From Desulfosudis oleivorans (GTDB lineage Bacteria > Desulfobacterota > Desulfobacteria > Desulfobacterales > SURF-7), in NCBI GenBank assembly GCA_020723305.1, contig DYJC01000003.1, forward strand, positions 270,418 to 334,417: a stretch of DNA of 64,000 nucleotides, in the 5' to 3' direction. Below the pieces are notes generated by a model. The model made no database searches and was not told the origin of the DNA. It worked only from the letters and a program-made list of their open reading frames with translations. Positions within the stretch are counted from its first letter, which is position 1. The number at the start of each line of letters is the position of its first letter. This document shows, in pieces, positions 29,253 to 38,877 of the stretch. A program made the position numbers and the translations under genes.

Positions 29253-30419
29253 CCCCCTCAATGCCGGAGCGATAGGAGTGTGTGCAGCTCGGATCGCCGG
29301 GAACAGTCCACCGAAAAATCCCAGCAAGAGTGAAAACAGAATCCCCTGGATCAGGATGTCCGGGGTTATGGCAAAGGCAAAACTCATGTGGGAAAAAGTC
29401 TGCCAGTTGATGGTGGATGCGGTATAGCCGTTAATCGGCAGGATGATGAGGGAGCCGAGCAGACCGCCCAGAAAAGCAATCAAAAGTGATTCCAGAAGGA
29501 ATGAGATTACGACATCCCTTTCGTGAAACCCGATGGCCCGCAGGGTGGCGATTTCCCGGTTACGTGTTGAAACCGCAGAATACATGGTGTTGAGCGCTCC
29601 AAAAATGGCGCCGATGCCCATGGCTCCGGCCACGAGGAAACCAAGAACGTTGATCAGTGTGGAGACCATGACGGATTGATCCGCATAATAGTCAATTTCG
29701 CTTTTCAGCGAAATTGTAAGACGCGGATCTGTGTTCAATGCATCCTTGAGGCTTTTCAGGGATTCGGGGGAGATCAGCCGCGCAGTCATGGATTGAAACA
29801 GGTTCTCCGGTCTTTTGTAAGCCTGATTGAGCACATTGGCGTCACACCAGCTTTCCGAGTCAAATGCACTGCCGCCGGCGTCGAATATGCCGACAATGGT
29901 CCAATCGATGCCGCCGAAATGAATGGTTTTATTGAGATCAAAACCTCGATAGGTTTCATGGGCATATTTACCAACGACGATTTCAGCCAGGCCGGGTGTA
30001 AAGAATCGGCCTTTGAGCAGCTTGACCGTATCACGGATCACGAAAGCGTTTTGGGAAACACCACGGATCTGAACGTTCGCATCGGTTCCGGTAGTACTGA
30101 GGGGCAGGGAGGCGATGACGACGACTTCGGCTGAGATCAGGGGACGGCCCGAAGCGTCGCGGGCAACACGCGGATCATCCCCGATGATTTTAATCTGTTC
30201 CAGCTCCAGGCTGCTTTCCATCTCGGATGTGGCACCACCCCGCAGGATGATGGCATTTTGTGAAGAACCGGAAGCCACCAGTGTTTTTTTGAATCCTTTG
30301 GCCATGGCCATCGTGGCCACCAGTACTGCAACGACTCCTGCAATGGAAAGCAGCGCCACCAGTGTGGAAGAGAAACGTCCCTGAATGCTGCGTACATTGT
30401 AAATCATTGGAATAGCCAT
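29247..30419 (-). CDS. ABC transporter permease (FtsX/MacB-type)
   Basis: One N-terminal TM helix, a large periplasmic domain and the C-terminal FtsX 3-TM bundle (REIATLRAIGF...). GGAG RBS upstream. Confidence 0.85.
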   Translation of the reverse strand: MAIPMIYNVRSIQGRFSSTLVALLSIAGVVAVLVATMAMAKGFKKTLVASGSSQNAIILRGGATSEMESSLELEQIKIIGDDPRVARDASGRPLISAEVVVIASLPLSTTGTDANVQIRGVSQNAFVIRDTVKLLKGRFFTPGLAEIVVGKYAHETYRGFDLNKTIHFGGIDWTIVGIFDAGGSAFDSESWCDANVLNQAYKRPENLFQSMTARLISPESLKSLKDALNTDPRLTISLKSEIDYYADQSVMVSTLINVLGFLVAGAMGIGAIFGALNTMYSAVSTRNREIATLRAIGFHERDVVISFLLESLLIAFLGGLLGSLIILPINGYTASTINWQTFSHMSFAFAITPDILIQGILFSLLLGFFGGLFPAIRAAHTPIAPALRGL

Positions 30420-30421
30420 AA

Positions 30422-31561
30422 TTATACACTCCTCAGGGCTTGGACGATGTTTAAACGCATGGCGATCAGGGCGGGAATGAAACCGGAAATCAGGCCGACC
30501 ATGAAGGTGATACCGACACCCAGAATAACGGTTATATTGGAAAGGAAGAAAACCGGCAATAAACCATTGGTTGGATCACCTGCGAGTGTAAAGAGATTGC
30601 ATAGGCTCAACCCCAGGAAACCGCCAATGACCGCATATCCAATGGACTCCGCCAGGATCAGGGTGAGAATATGTGTGGGGCTGAAACCCATGGCCTTGAG
30701 TATGGCGATTTCATTGGTTCTTTCCCGGATGGAAAGGGACATGTTGCTGCCGGTGATCAAAAGCAGTGTGAACATGACGACGCTTCCGACGATCAGTATG
30801 ATTAATTTGATATTGCCGAATTGTTTTACAAATCCCGCCATGAAGGCTTTTTCCGTTTCCGTGGTGGTTTCAAAGGAGGAGTTGGCAAAACGCTCATCGA
30901 TAATTTTCGTGACTTGGGCAGCATTGTCCGGGTTATGGACGCGAACCGTATACCAGCCGACGTAATCTTTGATAAAGGGCGTCCGTTCGTTCAGATAATT
31001 GAAATGAAACCAGAACTGGGTGGTATCGTCTGCTTCGCGCTTTGCATCATAAACGCCCCGGATGTTAAATTCCCATAGCCCCCTGTAAATGGTGGCCTGA
31101 ATGGGAATCCGGTCTCCGATTTTCCAGCCGAAACGATCCAGCGTCTTTCGCCCTACGATGCAGCCTTGCCGGTCACGGACAAATGCATCCCACTGGTCTT
31201 CCGGAATCTCGAATTCCGGAAACATGTTCCGATAGGTATCGACATCGATGGCAAACTGGGCGAAGAAGTTTTTCGGTTCCTGATATACACCGCCGAACCA
31301 GGATGCAAAGGTAACGTCCTTGACACCCTTGATTTGACTCAGCCTTTCCTTGTAAGCGATGGGAAGGGGCATGATCAGGGAGGTTTTATTCCGCACAATC
31401 AGACGATCCACTCCGGCCACTTCCAGGCCTTGATTAAAAGACATGTCGATAACGCCAAGCAGGCCGAACAGAAACAGGGCCACGGTATACGATCCAACGG
31501 TAAGAATCGTCCGCATTTTTTTCCGGCTGATATTGGCAAGCAGGAGGGGAAGGAATTTCAT
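30422..31561 (-). CDS. ABC transporter permease (FtsX/MacB-type), second paralog
   Basis: Same architecture as the neighbouring permease (NEIAILKAMGF...). Its start overlaps the ATPase stop by 4 nt. Confidence 0.85.
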   Translation of the reverse strand: MKFLPLLLANISRKKMRTILTVGSYTVALFLFGLLGVIDMSFNQGLEVAGVDRLIVRNKTSLIMPLPIAYKERLSQIKGVKDVTFASWFGGVYQEPKNFFAQFAIDVDTYRNMFPEFEIPEDQWDAFVRDRQGCIVGRKTLDRFGWKIGDRIPIQATIYRGLWEFNIRGVYDAKREADDTTQFWFHFNYLNERTPFIKDYVGWYTVRVHNPDNAAQVTKIIDERFANSSFETTTETEKAFMAGFVKQFGNIKLIILIVGSVVMFTLLLITGSNMSLSIRERTNEIAILKAMGFSPTHILTLILAESIGYAVIGGFLGLSLCNLFTLAGDPTNGLLPVFFLSNITVILGVGITFMVGLISGFIPALIAMRLNIVQALRSV

Positions 31562-32274
31562 GCGGTTTCCCCCTGTGAATTGGCGGTCAGAACCCCCTTT
31601 TCAAGGTGGAATCGGGTCCCGGCATTTTTGGCGGCAAGCGGGTCATGGGTCACCATCAACAGGGTTTTTTCATGTTCATTCACAAGACGGGTGAGAAGAT
31701 CGAGAATCTCATTGGCACTTTTTCGATCCAGGTCACCGGTGGGCTCATCGCAAAGAAGGAAAGCGGGGTCCGTGACAATGGCCCGTGCAATGGCAACGCG
31801 CTGCTCCTGGCCGCCGGACAACTGGCGGGGATAATGACTCATCCGATCCGACAATCCGACAATGGCAAGGGCGGTTTCCACATGTCGGCGGCGCTCCTTT
31901 TTGGAAAGCCGGGTCAACAAGAGCGGGAGTTCGACATTCTGGAATGCAGTCATCACCGGAATGAGATTATACAACTGAAAAATAAACCCCACGTGTTGCG
32001 CACGCCATGCGGTCAGCTTTTTCGATGACATGCCGGCGATGTCCCGGCCGTCGATGAGAATATGACCGGAAGTCGGAAAATCAAGTCCGCCTAATAGATT
32101 CAGCAGCGTTGTCTTGCCGGAACCGCTCGGACCCATGAAGGCGACAAAATCGCCTTTATGGATATTCAGGTTTACATCTTTCAGCACCTCAATGGTTTCG
32201 CTGCCGCGGGTGTAGTTTTTATGAATGTTTTTTACGGTAATCAGAGAATCTTGCGTTTGCCGGTTATTGGCCAT
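31558..32274 (-). CDS. ABC transporter ATP-binding protein (MacB/LolD-like)
   Basis: Walker A GPSGSGKTT, signature LSGGQEQRVAIARA and Walker B LLCDEPTGDLD. The ATG at 32274 sits behind AAGGCGG. Confidence 0.9.
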   Translation of the reverse strand: MANNRQTQDSLITVKNIHKNYTRGSETIEVLKDVNLNIHKGDFVAFMGPSGSGKTTLLNLLGGLDFPTSGHILIDGRDIAGMSSKKLTAWRAQHVGFIFQLYNLIPVMTAFQNVELPLLLTRLSKKERRRHVETALAIVGLSDRMSHYPRQLSGGQEQRVAIARAIVTDPAFLLCDEPTGDLDRKSANEILDLLTRLVNEHEKTLLMVTHDPLAAKNAGTRFHLEKGVLTANSQGETA

Positions 32275-32340
32275 AATCAATCCGCCTTGTTTTTAGGGTT
32301 GTATCTGAAAATGAAAGCCAGGAGCAAAATGAATTGGAGC

Positions 32341-33585
32341 TTACTGATTTGCTGCCAATCTTGCTTTCTGTCCATCGTGAAGATTGACAATGTCTCCGAT
32401 GACCACCTGTTCACCGGGCATAATTCCGGCGAGAATCTCAATGAATTTTCCATTGGACGGTCCTGTTTTAACGGGTCGGCTTTCAACGGTTCCGTTTTTG
32501 AATATAAAGGTAACTGTATTATCCTTATCCTGCCGGATAGATTCAAGGGGTACACGAACCCGGTTTGCATTGGTTTCCGGTACGGCTGCTGCTTCCATAA
32601 AAGAGACTTTAACGCCCATGTCCGGTAAGATTTTCGGGTCAAGATCGTCAAAGGAGATGCGCACCTTAACCGTTGCTTTTTGACGATCTGCCGTGGGAAT
32701 GACAGTTCGAACACGGGCAGGTATTTTCCACTCCGGATAGGCGTCCAGAGTCGCTGTGACTTTCTGACCGATTTTGACCTTGGCAATGAAGGATTCATTG
32801 ATATCGACCTCGATTTCAAGAGACTGCATATCCACGATGGTGGCGATTCCCGTACGGGTATATCCGCCGCCGGCTGAAATGGGCGATACGATTTCACCCA
32901 CCTGGGCGTCTTTTGAGACCACGATACCGGCAAAAGGGGCTCTGATCGTGTAATTGTCGAGTTCCTGTTTCATCTCCGAAAGGCGGGCTCGTGAAACATC
33001 GATCTGCTTTTGAGCGAGTTCAAGTCTGGCAGCGGTCCCGTCAAATAACGTTTCGGAATCATCCAGTTCTTTGACCGTGATGACTCCGGTCTTATACAGA
33101 CTCCGGTTTCGGGCAAGATTTTTTTTCATGTTTTTCAAATTAACGCTGATTTCGGCAATCGTAGCTTCTGCAGCGTCCGTTTCCGCCTCAAGCGTTTTCA
33201 TCATGGCTTTTATATTCGCATCATCCAGACGGGCCAGAACATCCTCTTTTTGAACAAGCATCCCTTCTTCAACAAGCATTTCCATGATCTGTCCGGTGAT
33301 TTTTGAGGCAATGGTGGCCCGTCTTCTCGGGGTTACATATCCGCTGGCATTCAATATCGTATGCTCCTGATCGGATACGATCTGTTCAGCGTCGGCTACC
33401 GTGACCGTCACAGCCTGTTCCCGGAAAAAATAGAAAAAAATGGATGCAGCAACCGTCAGAACTGCAATAACGGTTATAATAAGGAACCATCTTCCGATGG
33501 GCCGCTCTTCTTTATCTTGAGGTGCAATCCGGAGATGGGATATATCGGGACGAGTCGTATTGTTATCCTGGGTTAACATGGTCAA
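32341..33585 (-). CDS. Periplasmic adaptor (membrane fusion protein, HlyD/MacA family)
   Basis: N-terminal TM helix, a long coiled-coil hairpin and beta-barrel/lipoyl-like segments. It lies directly upstream of the ABC genes. Confidence 0.85.
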   Translation of the reverse strand: MTMLTQDNNTTRPDISHLRIAPQDKEERPIGRWFLIITVIAVLTVAASIFFYFFREQAVTVTVADAEQIVSDQEHTILNASGYVTPRRRATIASKITGQIMEMLVEEGMLVQKEDVLARLDDANIKAMMKTLEAETDAAEATIAEISVNLKNMKKNLARNRSLYKTGVITVKELDDSETLFDGTAARLELAQKQIDVSRARLSEMKQELDNYTIRAPFAGIVVSKDAQVGEIVSPISAGGGYTRTGIATIVDMQSLEIEVDINESFIAKVKIGQKVTATLDAYPEWKIPARVRTVIPTADRQKATVKVRISFDDLDPKILPDMGVKVSFMEAAAVPETNANRVRVPLESIRQDKDNTVTFIFKNGTVESRPVKTGPSNGKFIEILAGIMPGEQVVIGDIVNLHDGQKARLAANQ

Positions 33586-33725
33586 TCCATACTATTTTTA
33601 GAGATAATTTGGAATAATGATATGACATGGGCGGCGGATTTTCGCAATCAAAAACAGCGTCTGAACCCGAACCGTCTTTTTTCGCCATATCTGCTTCAGT
33701 CGATACTCACTTGTCTTTTTGCATG

Positions 33726-33742
33726 TGTAGTGTATTGTAGTG
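33726..33742 (+). promoter_or_regulatory. Direct repeat TGTAGTG x2 (10-bp period) abutting the antitoxin RBS; candidate RHH operator
   Basis: TGTAGTG at 33726-33732 and again at 33736-33742, immediately 5' of GGAGG and the ATG at 33761. Confidence 0.3.
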
Positions 33743-33760
33743 AAACAGGAGGTGATTGTT

Positions 33761-33979
33761 ATGAGAACAGTTCTTTCCGTAAGCCTGCCGGAAAAAATAG
33801 CGAAAGATTTAAATGCCTTTGCCAGGGAAATGGGCCGGAATAAAAGCGATATTGTAAAGGAATCTTTGAGTCTCTATCTTTGGGAAGCAAAGCTGCGCAA
33901 AGCACAGAAGATTTTTTATACAAAAGCCAAGGTGAAAGGCATAGTTACTGAAGAAGACATGTTGAGAGAAATCTCGTGA
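33761..33979 (+). CDS. Ribbon-helix-helix (CopG-like) antitoxin
   Basis: MRTVLSVSLPEKIAKDLNAFAREMGRNKSDIVKESL fits an RHH beta-alpha-alpha pattern. The stop overlaps the PIN gene start (GTGA). Confidence 0.75.
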   Translation: MRTVLSVSLPEKIAKDLNAFAREMGRNKSDIVKESLSLYLWEAKLRKAQKIFYTKAKVKGIVTEEDMLREIS

Positions 33980-34380
33980 GAGTGATTCCGGATACGAATA
34001 TTTTGTTGTCTGCTTTTCTCACAAACGGCATTTGTGCCAACATATTGAAAAGGGCGCGCCATAAATATTTTTCATTCATTCTCTGCACACCGGTTTTAAA
34101 TGAAACAAAAAGGTTGTTAAAAAATAAGTTTTTACTATCTGCCCAGGAAATTGCCTTTTTTGTTTCCGTTCTTTCAGAAGCGGCGGATGAGGAGTACCAT
34201 CCTGTCGGTGTTCTTTCCGGTGTATGTCGTGATCCTGATGATGATCTTATTCTTCTTTGTGTCGCTGAAACCAAAACCGCCTATCTTGTAACAGGTGACA
34301 AGGATCTGCTGGTGCTGAAACAGTATGAAGATACAAAGATAATCACTCCACGAGATTTCGAATTACTTTTCGGTGATTGA
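33976..34380 (+). CDS. PIN-domain toxin (PIN_3 / TIGR00305-like)
   Basis: Acidic PIN residues occur in RVIPDTNILLSA, CRDPDDDLIL and LVTGDKDLL. 134 aa. Confidence 0.8.
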   Translation: MRVIPDTNILLSAFLTNGICANILKRARHKYFSFILCTPVLNETKRLLKNKFLLSAQEIAFFVSVLSEAADEEYHPVGVLSGVCRDPDDDLILLCVAETKTAYLVTGDKDLLVLKQYEDTKIITPRDFELLFGD

Positions 34381-34568
34381 GGACGGTCACTGAAAAAATA
34401 TTTTGAAAGATCCTCTCCACCCTGCGGGCCGATGGGCAGACGGTTTCCTCATGATGTGATTTCAGAATGGAGTCAAATCAACCAATAGCATGGATTGGAA
34501 TATTGCCGATCAGCAGGCAATCTTTCAGATTGACTTTTTTTTTAAATTTCTCTATTATTCAGCATATT

Positions 34569-37500
34569 ATGAAAAATTACTTTCATGCACTCCTTCGCGG
34601 ACGTTTTTCCCAAGCCCGAACCGGTTTTACATTGATTGAAATGGCAGTGGTGATGGTCCTTGCCGGTATTGTGATTTCCATCATCGCCACTGTTGTTCCG
34701 ACGCTGATCCGGTCTGCCAAAATCAAGCAGGCACAAGCCATTCTTGAGAAGGTGGATTATGCCATCCAGGGATATGTTACGGCAAACGGGCGTCTTCCAT
34801 TTGCCGACAATGGTGTATCCGGCGTGGAGGATTCCGCGACACCCACCTATTTCGGTAATTTGCCTTTTGTGACACTGGGGCTCTCTTCCGGCGATGATGT
34901 CTGGGGCAATCGCATGAAATACGGCGTGAATAGCGATCTGACCACAACCAACAAAACTACCATGGGCACAGCATTGGGAACTGCCTGTCCTGATCCGGTC
35001 GATCCTGCAAAACTGAATGTTGAACGCACGGTCGGCGGCAGCGCGAACATGGCCTATGTCATTGTCAGTGGGGGGCCTCAGGATCTGGATGCGGCTGGTG
35101 GTTTTTTTGACGGACTGAACGGTGGTTCCGACAATTCCAGTTATGATAATCCGGATCGTTTTGTAACAGCAACCTACGATGACCTCATGATCGCCCGTTC
35201 CTGTTTCACGGTTTCCGGCCAGCAGGGTTATGGGATCGGGACGGGAACAGGAGGGGGCGGCAGCAGCGGTGTCGAGAACACCAACGTACTGTGCAGTGAT
35301 GGAATTGATAATGACAGTGACGGCCGCATTGACTGCCATGATCAGGACTGCTGCGGCGCAAGTGTGACTGTTTGTCCGGATGGTTGTCCGCCGCCTACTT
35401 CCGTTTCGATTGTCACCACCCCGGCTGTTCTTACGGCGACGATTGGCCAGCTGGGTTTCAGCCATTCTTTTCAGGCCACCGGCGGTTCCGGTTATTATTA
35501 CTGGTACCTGGATGCAGCCACACCTGCCATATCCGGATTGGACATTGGCCTGGCTTCGGGCACCCTCAGCGGAAATGTTACCGTATGTGATGGAAATTAC
35601 AGTCTGGATGTCAGGGTGGAAGATCGATATGATTCCGCGAAAACCGATTCACATACCTTTCAATTAACGGTTGCCAGAGGGTCTCTGGCAATTTCACCGG
35701 CTCCCTCGGGATTGGGAACTCCGGCTGATTTTATTGTCAACACATCCAATTTCACACAGGATTTTTCCGTCAGCGGCGCTTATGTGGGGCCTTTTACATC
35801 TACTTCTCCTTCCGCCTGGTCGATCCAGTGGACGGAAGTGGATCCGGGAGGGTTTCAGATCGATCCTGTTTCAGATACCGTTGCCCGGTTGCGGAAAAGC
35901 GGCAACGCAACCTCGCGTGTCAATCCCTATCCTTTTAAACTTACGGCCATGGATGATTCCTGTCTGACCAATACAATTACCAGCGGTACGTATACGATTG
36001 AAATCACGTCCGCCGGCGCAGGTGCACCATATAGTGCCAATCTTGTGGCGGAATGGCGTCTGGATGAATGTTTATGGAACGGTACTTCCGGAGAAGTGAA
36101 GGATGAAGGCTCACTTGTATTAGATGGAACAGCCATGAACGGCGCAACCACTATCGGTTCCGGCAAGAATTGCCGTGCCGGGCTGTTTGACGGCACAAAT
36201 GATTATGTGACCGTGGCGAACAATGCTGAACTCCAGCGCACCACTGCTTTTTCAGTCGCCGCATGGGTCAAGGTTCATGCAAATGCTGCGGATTGGGTCA
36301 GGCTTGTGGGAAAAGGCAATTCTACCAATCGAAATTATGGCTTGTGGCTGGCCACCAACGGAACGGTTCTTTTTCAGATTTATTCCGACGGCGGCAATGG
36401 GAATTCCCAGACAGCCGTGACAATCAATGACGGAAACTGGCATCATGTGGTCGGCGTGTATGACCTTTCCACCATGAAAGTATACATTGACAATACGGAA
36501 AGGGCATCTGTCAATTATAGCCAGACGCCGCGGACATCCACTGATCCGTTTACCATGGGATATGCGGGTTTTCATACCTATTTAAGAGGCCTGCTGGATG
36601 AGGTGATGCTTTTTCATAAAGCCCTGACCTTGGCGGAAATTACGGAAATCTACCAGATCACCCGTACTGCATGCAGCGGAAATTGCTATGATGGTCCGAT
36701 TGCGGAATACCGCATGGAAAATTTTCCCTGGAACGGCAGTGCAAATGAAGTAGAGGATTCAGGAACCGGCCTTAGCCATGGTCGCGCGCTTGCCCGGGGG
36801 ACCGGCGTCAGGCCTTCCCAAACAACGCCTTCCGGCGGCAAGATCTGCCGATCGGGTATTTTTACTCGAACGGACGCAAACAATGGCGGCTATCTTGACC
36901 TGGGTGATCCTGCCGACGGTGATCTGGATCCGAACACGGCACCATTTACCATTTCCGCCTGGATCAAATGGAATGGATTAAACGGTGAGAACATCATCTA
37001 TAACAAGGAAAATTTATACGAAGCCCGCGTGAATGGCGGATATGTACAGTATGCCTGGCAGCCTCACTGGGTATGGGACGGCGGGAATACGTTTCCGATA
37101 ACCGCCAACACCTGGACCTATGCAACCCTGGTGTATGATGGTAATCAGCAGAGTCTTTATAAAAACGGCAGCCTTGTCTATTCCCGTTCACAGACCGGCG
37201 CCATCGGAGTCAACTCCGCGAAACTGCTCATCGGTGCACGGGGAAACAGCAATCCTATTAATTTTTTCGGCGGGCAGATTGACGAAATAAAGATTTACAA
37301 ACGCGCCCTGGCGGAAAATGAAATCGGAATCGATTATGCAGTAACCCGTGACTGTGCCGCAGATTCGGTCATCATAACCAGCACAACTCTTCCCGCTGCT
37401 TTGATCGGCCAGACCGGCTGGACCAGCGGCAGCGAGCCGACAGCCACCGGTGGTGCCACACCCTATGTTTGGCAGATCATCTCTCAGGAAGGGGGCTTGA

Positions 37501-37958
37501 ATCTCGGCATGCCTGATGTTGGTACCGGCGCACTGTCCGGCAACATTACCGTGTGTGCCGGAGTCTACCTTGTTACATTGCGGGTTACGGACAACAACGG
37601 GCGAATGGATGAAACAGCCCTGCCGCTTACCGTTTCCAACGGCACACTTGCGGTTTCAGGCCTGACTTCACCCCTCGACTGTACAGTCAGTACCTGTGAA
37701 TGGCCATTTTCCATTACCGGACCCATTCGGGGGCAGATGGACAATTGGGTCATTACCTGGCAAGGTGCAAATCCAGGTGGTTTTGTAGTCGTCACCACCG
37801 GTTCCAATACCGCAACATTACGTAAAACCGGAGCTTCGACCCCGGCCAACGGCTACCGTTTTTCTCTTACCGCATCGGACACTTCCTGCGCCAGTAATAT
37901 TCTGACAAGTCCATCCTATACCCTTAACATATCAGCGGCGGCTGCTCCGTCACCATAA
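34569..37958 (+). CDS. Giant prepilin-leader protein: type IV pilin-like N-terminus, Cys/Asp-rich motif, Ig-like module, 2 x LamG (concanavalin-like), Ig-like module
   Basis: Class III signal ...SQARTG/FTLIEMAVVMVLAGIVISI. Motif CSDGIDNDSDGRIDCHDQDCCG. Two LamG-type domains, both with the typical LDEV/IDEI...ALT/ALAxxEI endings. Duplicated flanking modules. No SD was seen before the ATG at 34569, so the start is uncertain (34467-34569). Confidence 0.8.
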   Translation: MKNYFHALLRGRFSQARTGFTLIEMAVVMVLAGIVISIIATVVPTLIRSAKIKQAQAILEKVDYAIQGYVTANGRLPFADNGVSGVEDSATPTYFGNLPFVTLGLSSGDDVWGNRMKYGVNSDLTTTNKTTMGTALGTACPDPVDPAKLNVERTVGGSANMAYVIVSGGPQDLDAAGGFFDGLNGGSDNSSYDNPDRFVTATYDDLMIARSCFTVSGQQGYGIGTGTGGGGSSGVENTNVLCSDGIDNDSDGRIDCHDQDCCGASVTVCPDGCPPPTSVSIVTTPAVLTATIGQLGFSHSFQATGGSGYYYWYLDAATPAISGLDIGLASGTLSGNVTVCDGNYSLDVRVEDRYDSAKTDSHTFQLTVARGSLAISPAPSGLGTPADFIVNTSNFTQDFSVSGAYVGPFTSTSPSAWSIQWTEVDPGGFQIDPVSDTVARLRKSGNATSRVNPYPFKLTAMDDSCLTNTITSGTYTIEITSAGAGAPYSANLVAEWRLDECLWNGTSGEVKDEGSLVLDGTAMNGATTIGSGKNCRAGLFDGTNDYVTVANNAELQRTTAFSVAAWVKVHANAADWVRLVGKGNSTNRNYGLWLATNGTVLFQIYSDGGNGNSQTAVTINDGNWHHVVGVYDLSTMKVYIDNTERASVNYSQTPRTSTDPFTMGYAGFHTYLRGLLDEVMLFHKALTLAEITEIYQITRTACSGNCYDGPIAEYRMENFPWNGSANEVEDSGTGLSHGRALARGTGVRPSQTTPSGGKICRSGIFTRTDANNGGYLDLGDPADGDLDPNTAPFTISAWIKWNGLNGENIIYNKENLYEARVNGGYVQYAWQPHWVWDGGNTFPITANTWTYATLVYDGNQQSLYKNGSLVYSRSQTGAIGVNSAKLLIGARGNSNPINFFGGQIDEIKIYKRALAENEIGIDYAVTRDCAADSVIITSTTLPAALIGQTGWTSGSEPTATGGATPYVWQIISQEGGLNLGMPDVGTGALSGNITVCAGVYLVTLRVTDNNGRMDETALPLTVSNGTLAVSGLTSPLDCTVSTCEWPFSITGPIRGQMDNWVITWQGANPGGFVVVTTGSNTATLRKTGASTPANGYRFSLTASDTSCASNILTSPSYTLNISAAAAPSP

Positions 37959-38104
37959 GAGCATCTGAAAGCTGAATTTTTTTCCTATTTCCTTTTCCTG
38001 CCTGAAAGACGATAATTTTTCAATCCATTGTTATTATGATGATTATTTAAAAAATGACCTTGTGGCATATGTTTTGCTCCATGAAGTTGATGAAAAAGTT
38101 TCAT

Positions 38105-38132
38105 TTAACTTTTCTGCGATATGCGCCGATTG
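38105..38132 (+). promoter_or_regulatory. Sigma28 (FliA)-like promoter upstream of the glycosylation operon
   Basis: TTAA-N16-GCCGATTG, compared with the enterobacterial consensus TAAA-N15-GCCGATAA. It lies about 40 nt upstream of the ATG at 38173. Confidence 0.4.
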
Positions 38133-38172
38133 AAATACTAACAGGTTTCAACGCAAAGGGAAAAAAGATCAT

Positions 38173-38877
38173 ATGACGCTTCAAAACAATTTAACCTTTA
38201 CGCTTCAGGTCAACAATCAGGCAATAGCCATCCCCGCCGACCGGATCGTTGAAATGTTCCATCAGCTGTATTATGCCATCAAGGATCAGACTTGGGAGAA
38301 TACCTATTACCTGGGAAGACATATTATCAAATGTCCTCTGGATCTATGGGTCTGTCAGGAAATCTTTCATGAGGTTAAACCGGATCTGATCATCGAGACC
38401 GGGACGTTTCACGGCGGCGCTGCTTTATACTATGCCAATGTATGCGATACCTTGCAGCACGGCCGGATTCTCACCATCGATATTGACCGGTATTCCGGAG
38501 TCACCGAGCATCCCCGGATCACCTATATCAACGGATCTTCCACCTCGGAATCGGTTGTCCGGGAGGTGGAAGCGGTTGTGAAAAACAAAAAAACAATCCT
38601 TGTCATCCTGGATTCGGACCATGGGTATGATCATGTGCTTCAGGAGCTTCAAATTTACAGCCGATTTGTCACACCGGGAAGTTATCTGATTGTCGAAGAC
38701 ACCAATGTCAACGGTCATCCCGTAAGGCCGGAATGGGGGCCCGGACCCATGGAGGCATTGGAGGAGTTTTTGCGGAATGACAACTGTTTTAAAATCGATA
38801 TTGGACGTGAAAAATTCATGTTGACCATGAATCCGAAAGGCTACTTGAAAAAAATCCTGTCCGATGGATCGGCCTGA
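38173..38877 (+). CDS. CmcI/cephalosporin-hydroxylase-family SAM-dependent (sugar O-)methyltransferase
   Basis: CPLDLWVCQEIFHEVKPDLIIETGTFHGGAALYYA and ILDSDHGYDHVLQEL are typical CmcI-family blocks. Confidence 0.75.
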   Translation: MTLQNNLTFTLQVNNQAIAIPADRIVEMFHQLYYAIKDQTWENTYYLGRHIIKCPLDLWVCQEIFHEVKPDLIIETGTFHGGAALYYANVCDTLQHGRILTIDIDRYSGVTEHPRITYINGSSTSESVVREVEAVVKNKKTILVILDSDHGYDHVLQELQIYSRFVTPGSYLIVEDTNVNGHPVRPEWGPGPMEALEEFLRNDNCFKIDIGREKFMLTMNPKGYLKKILSDGSA

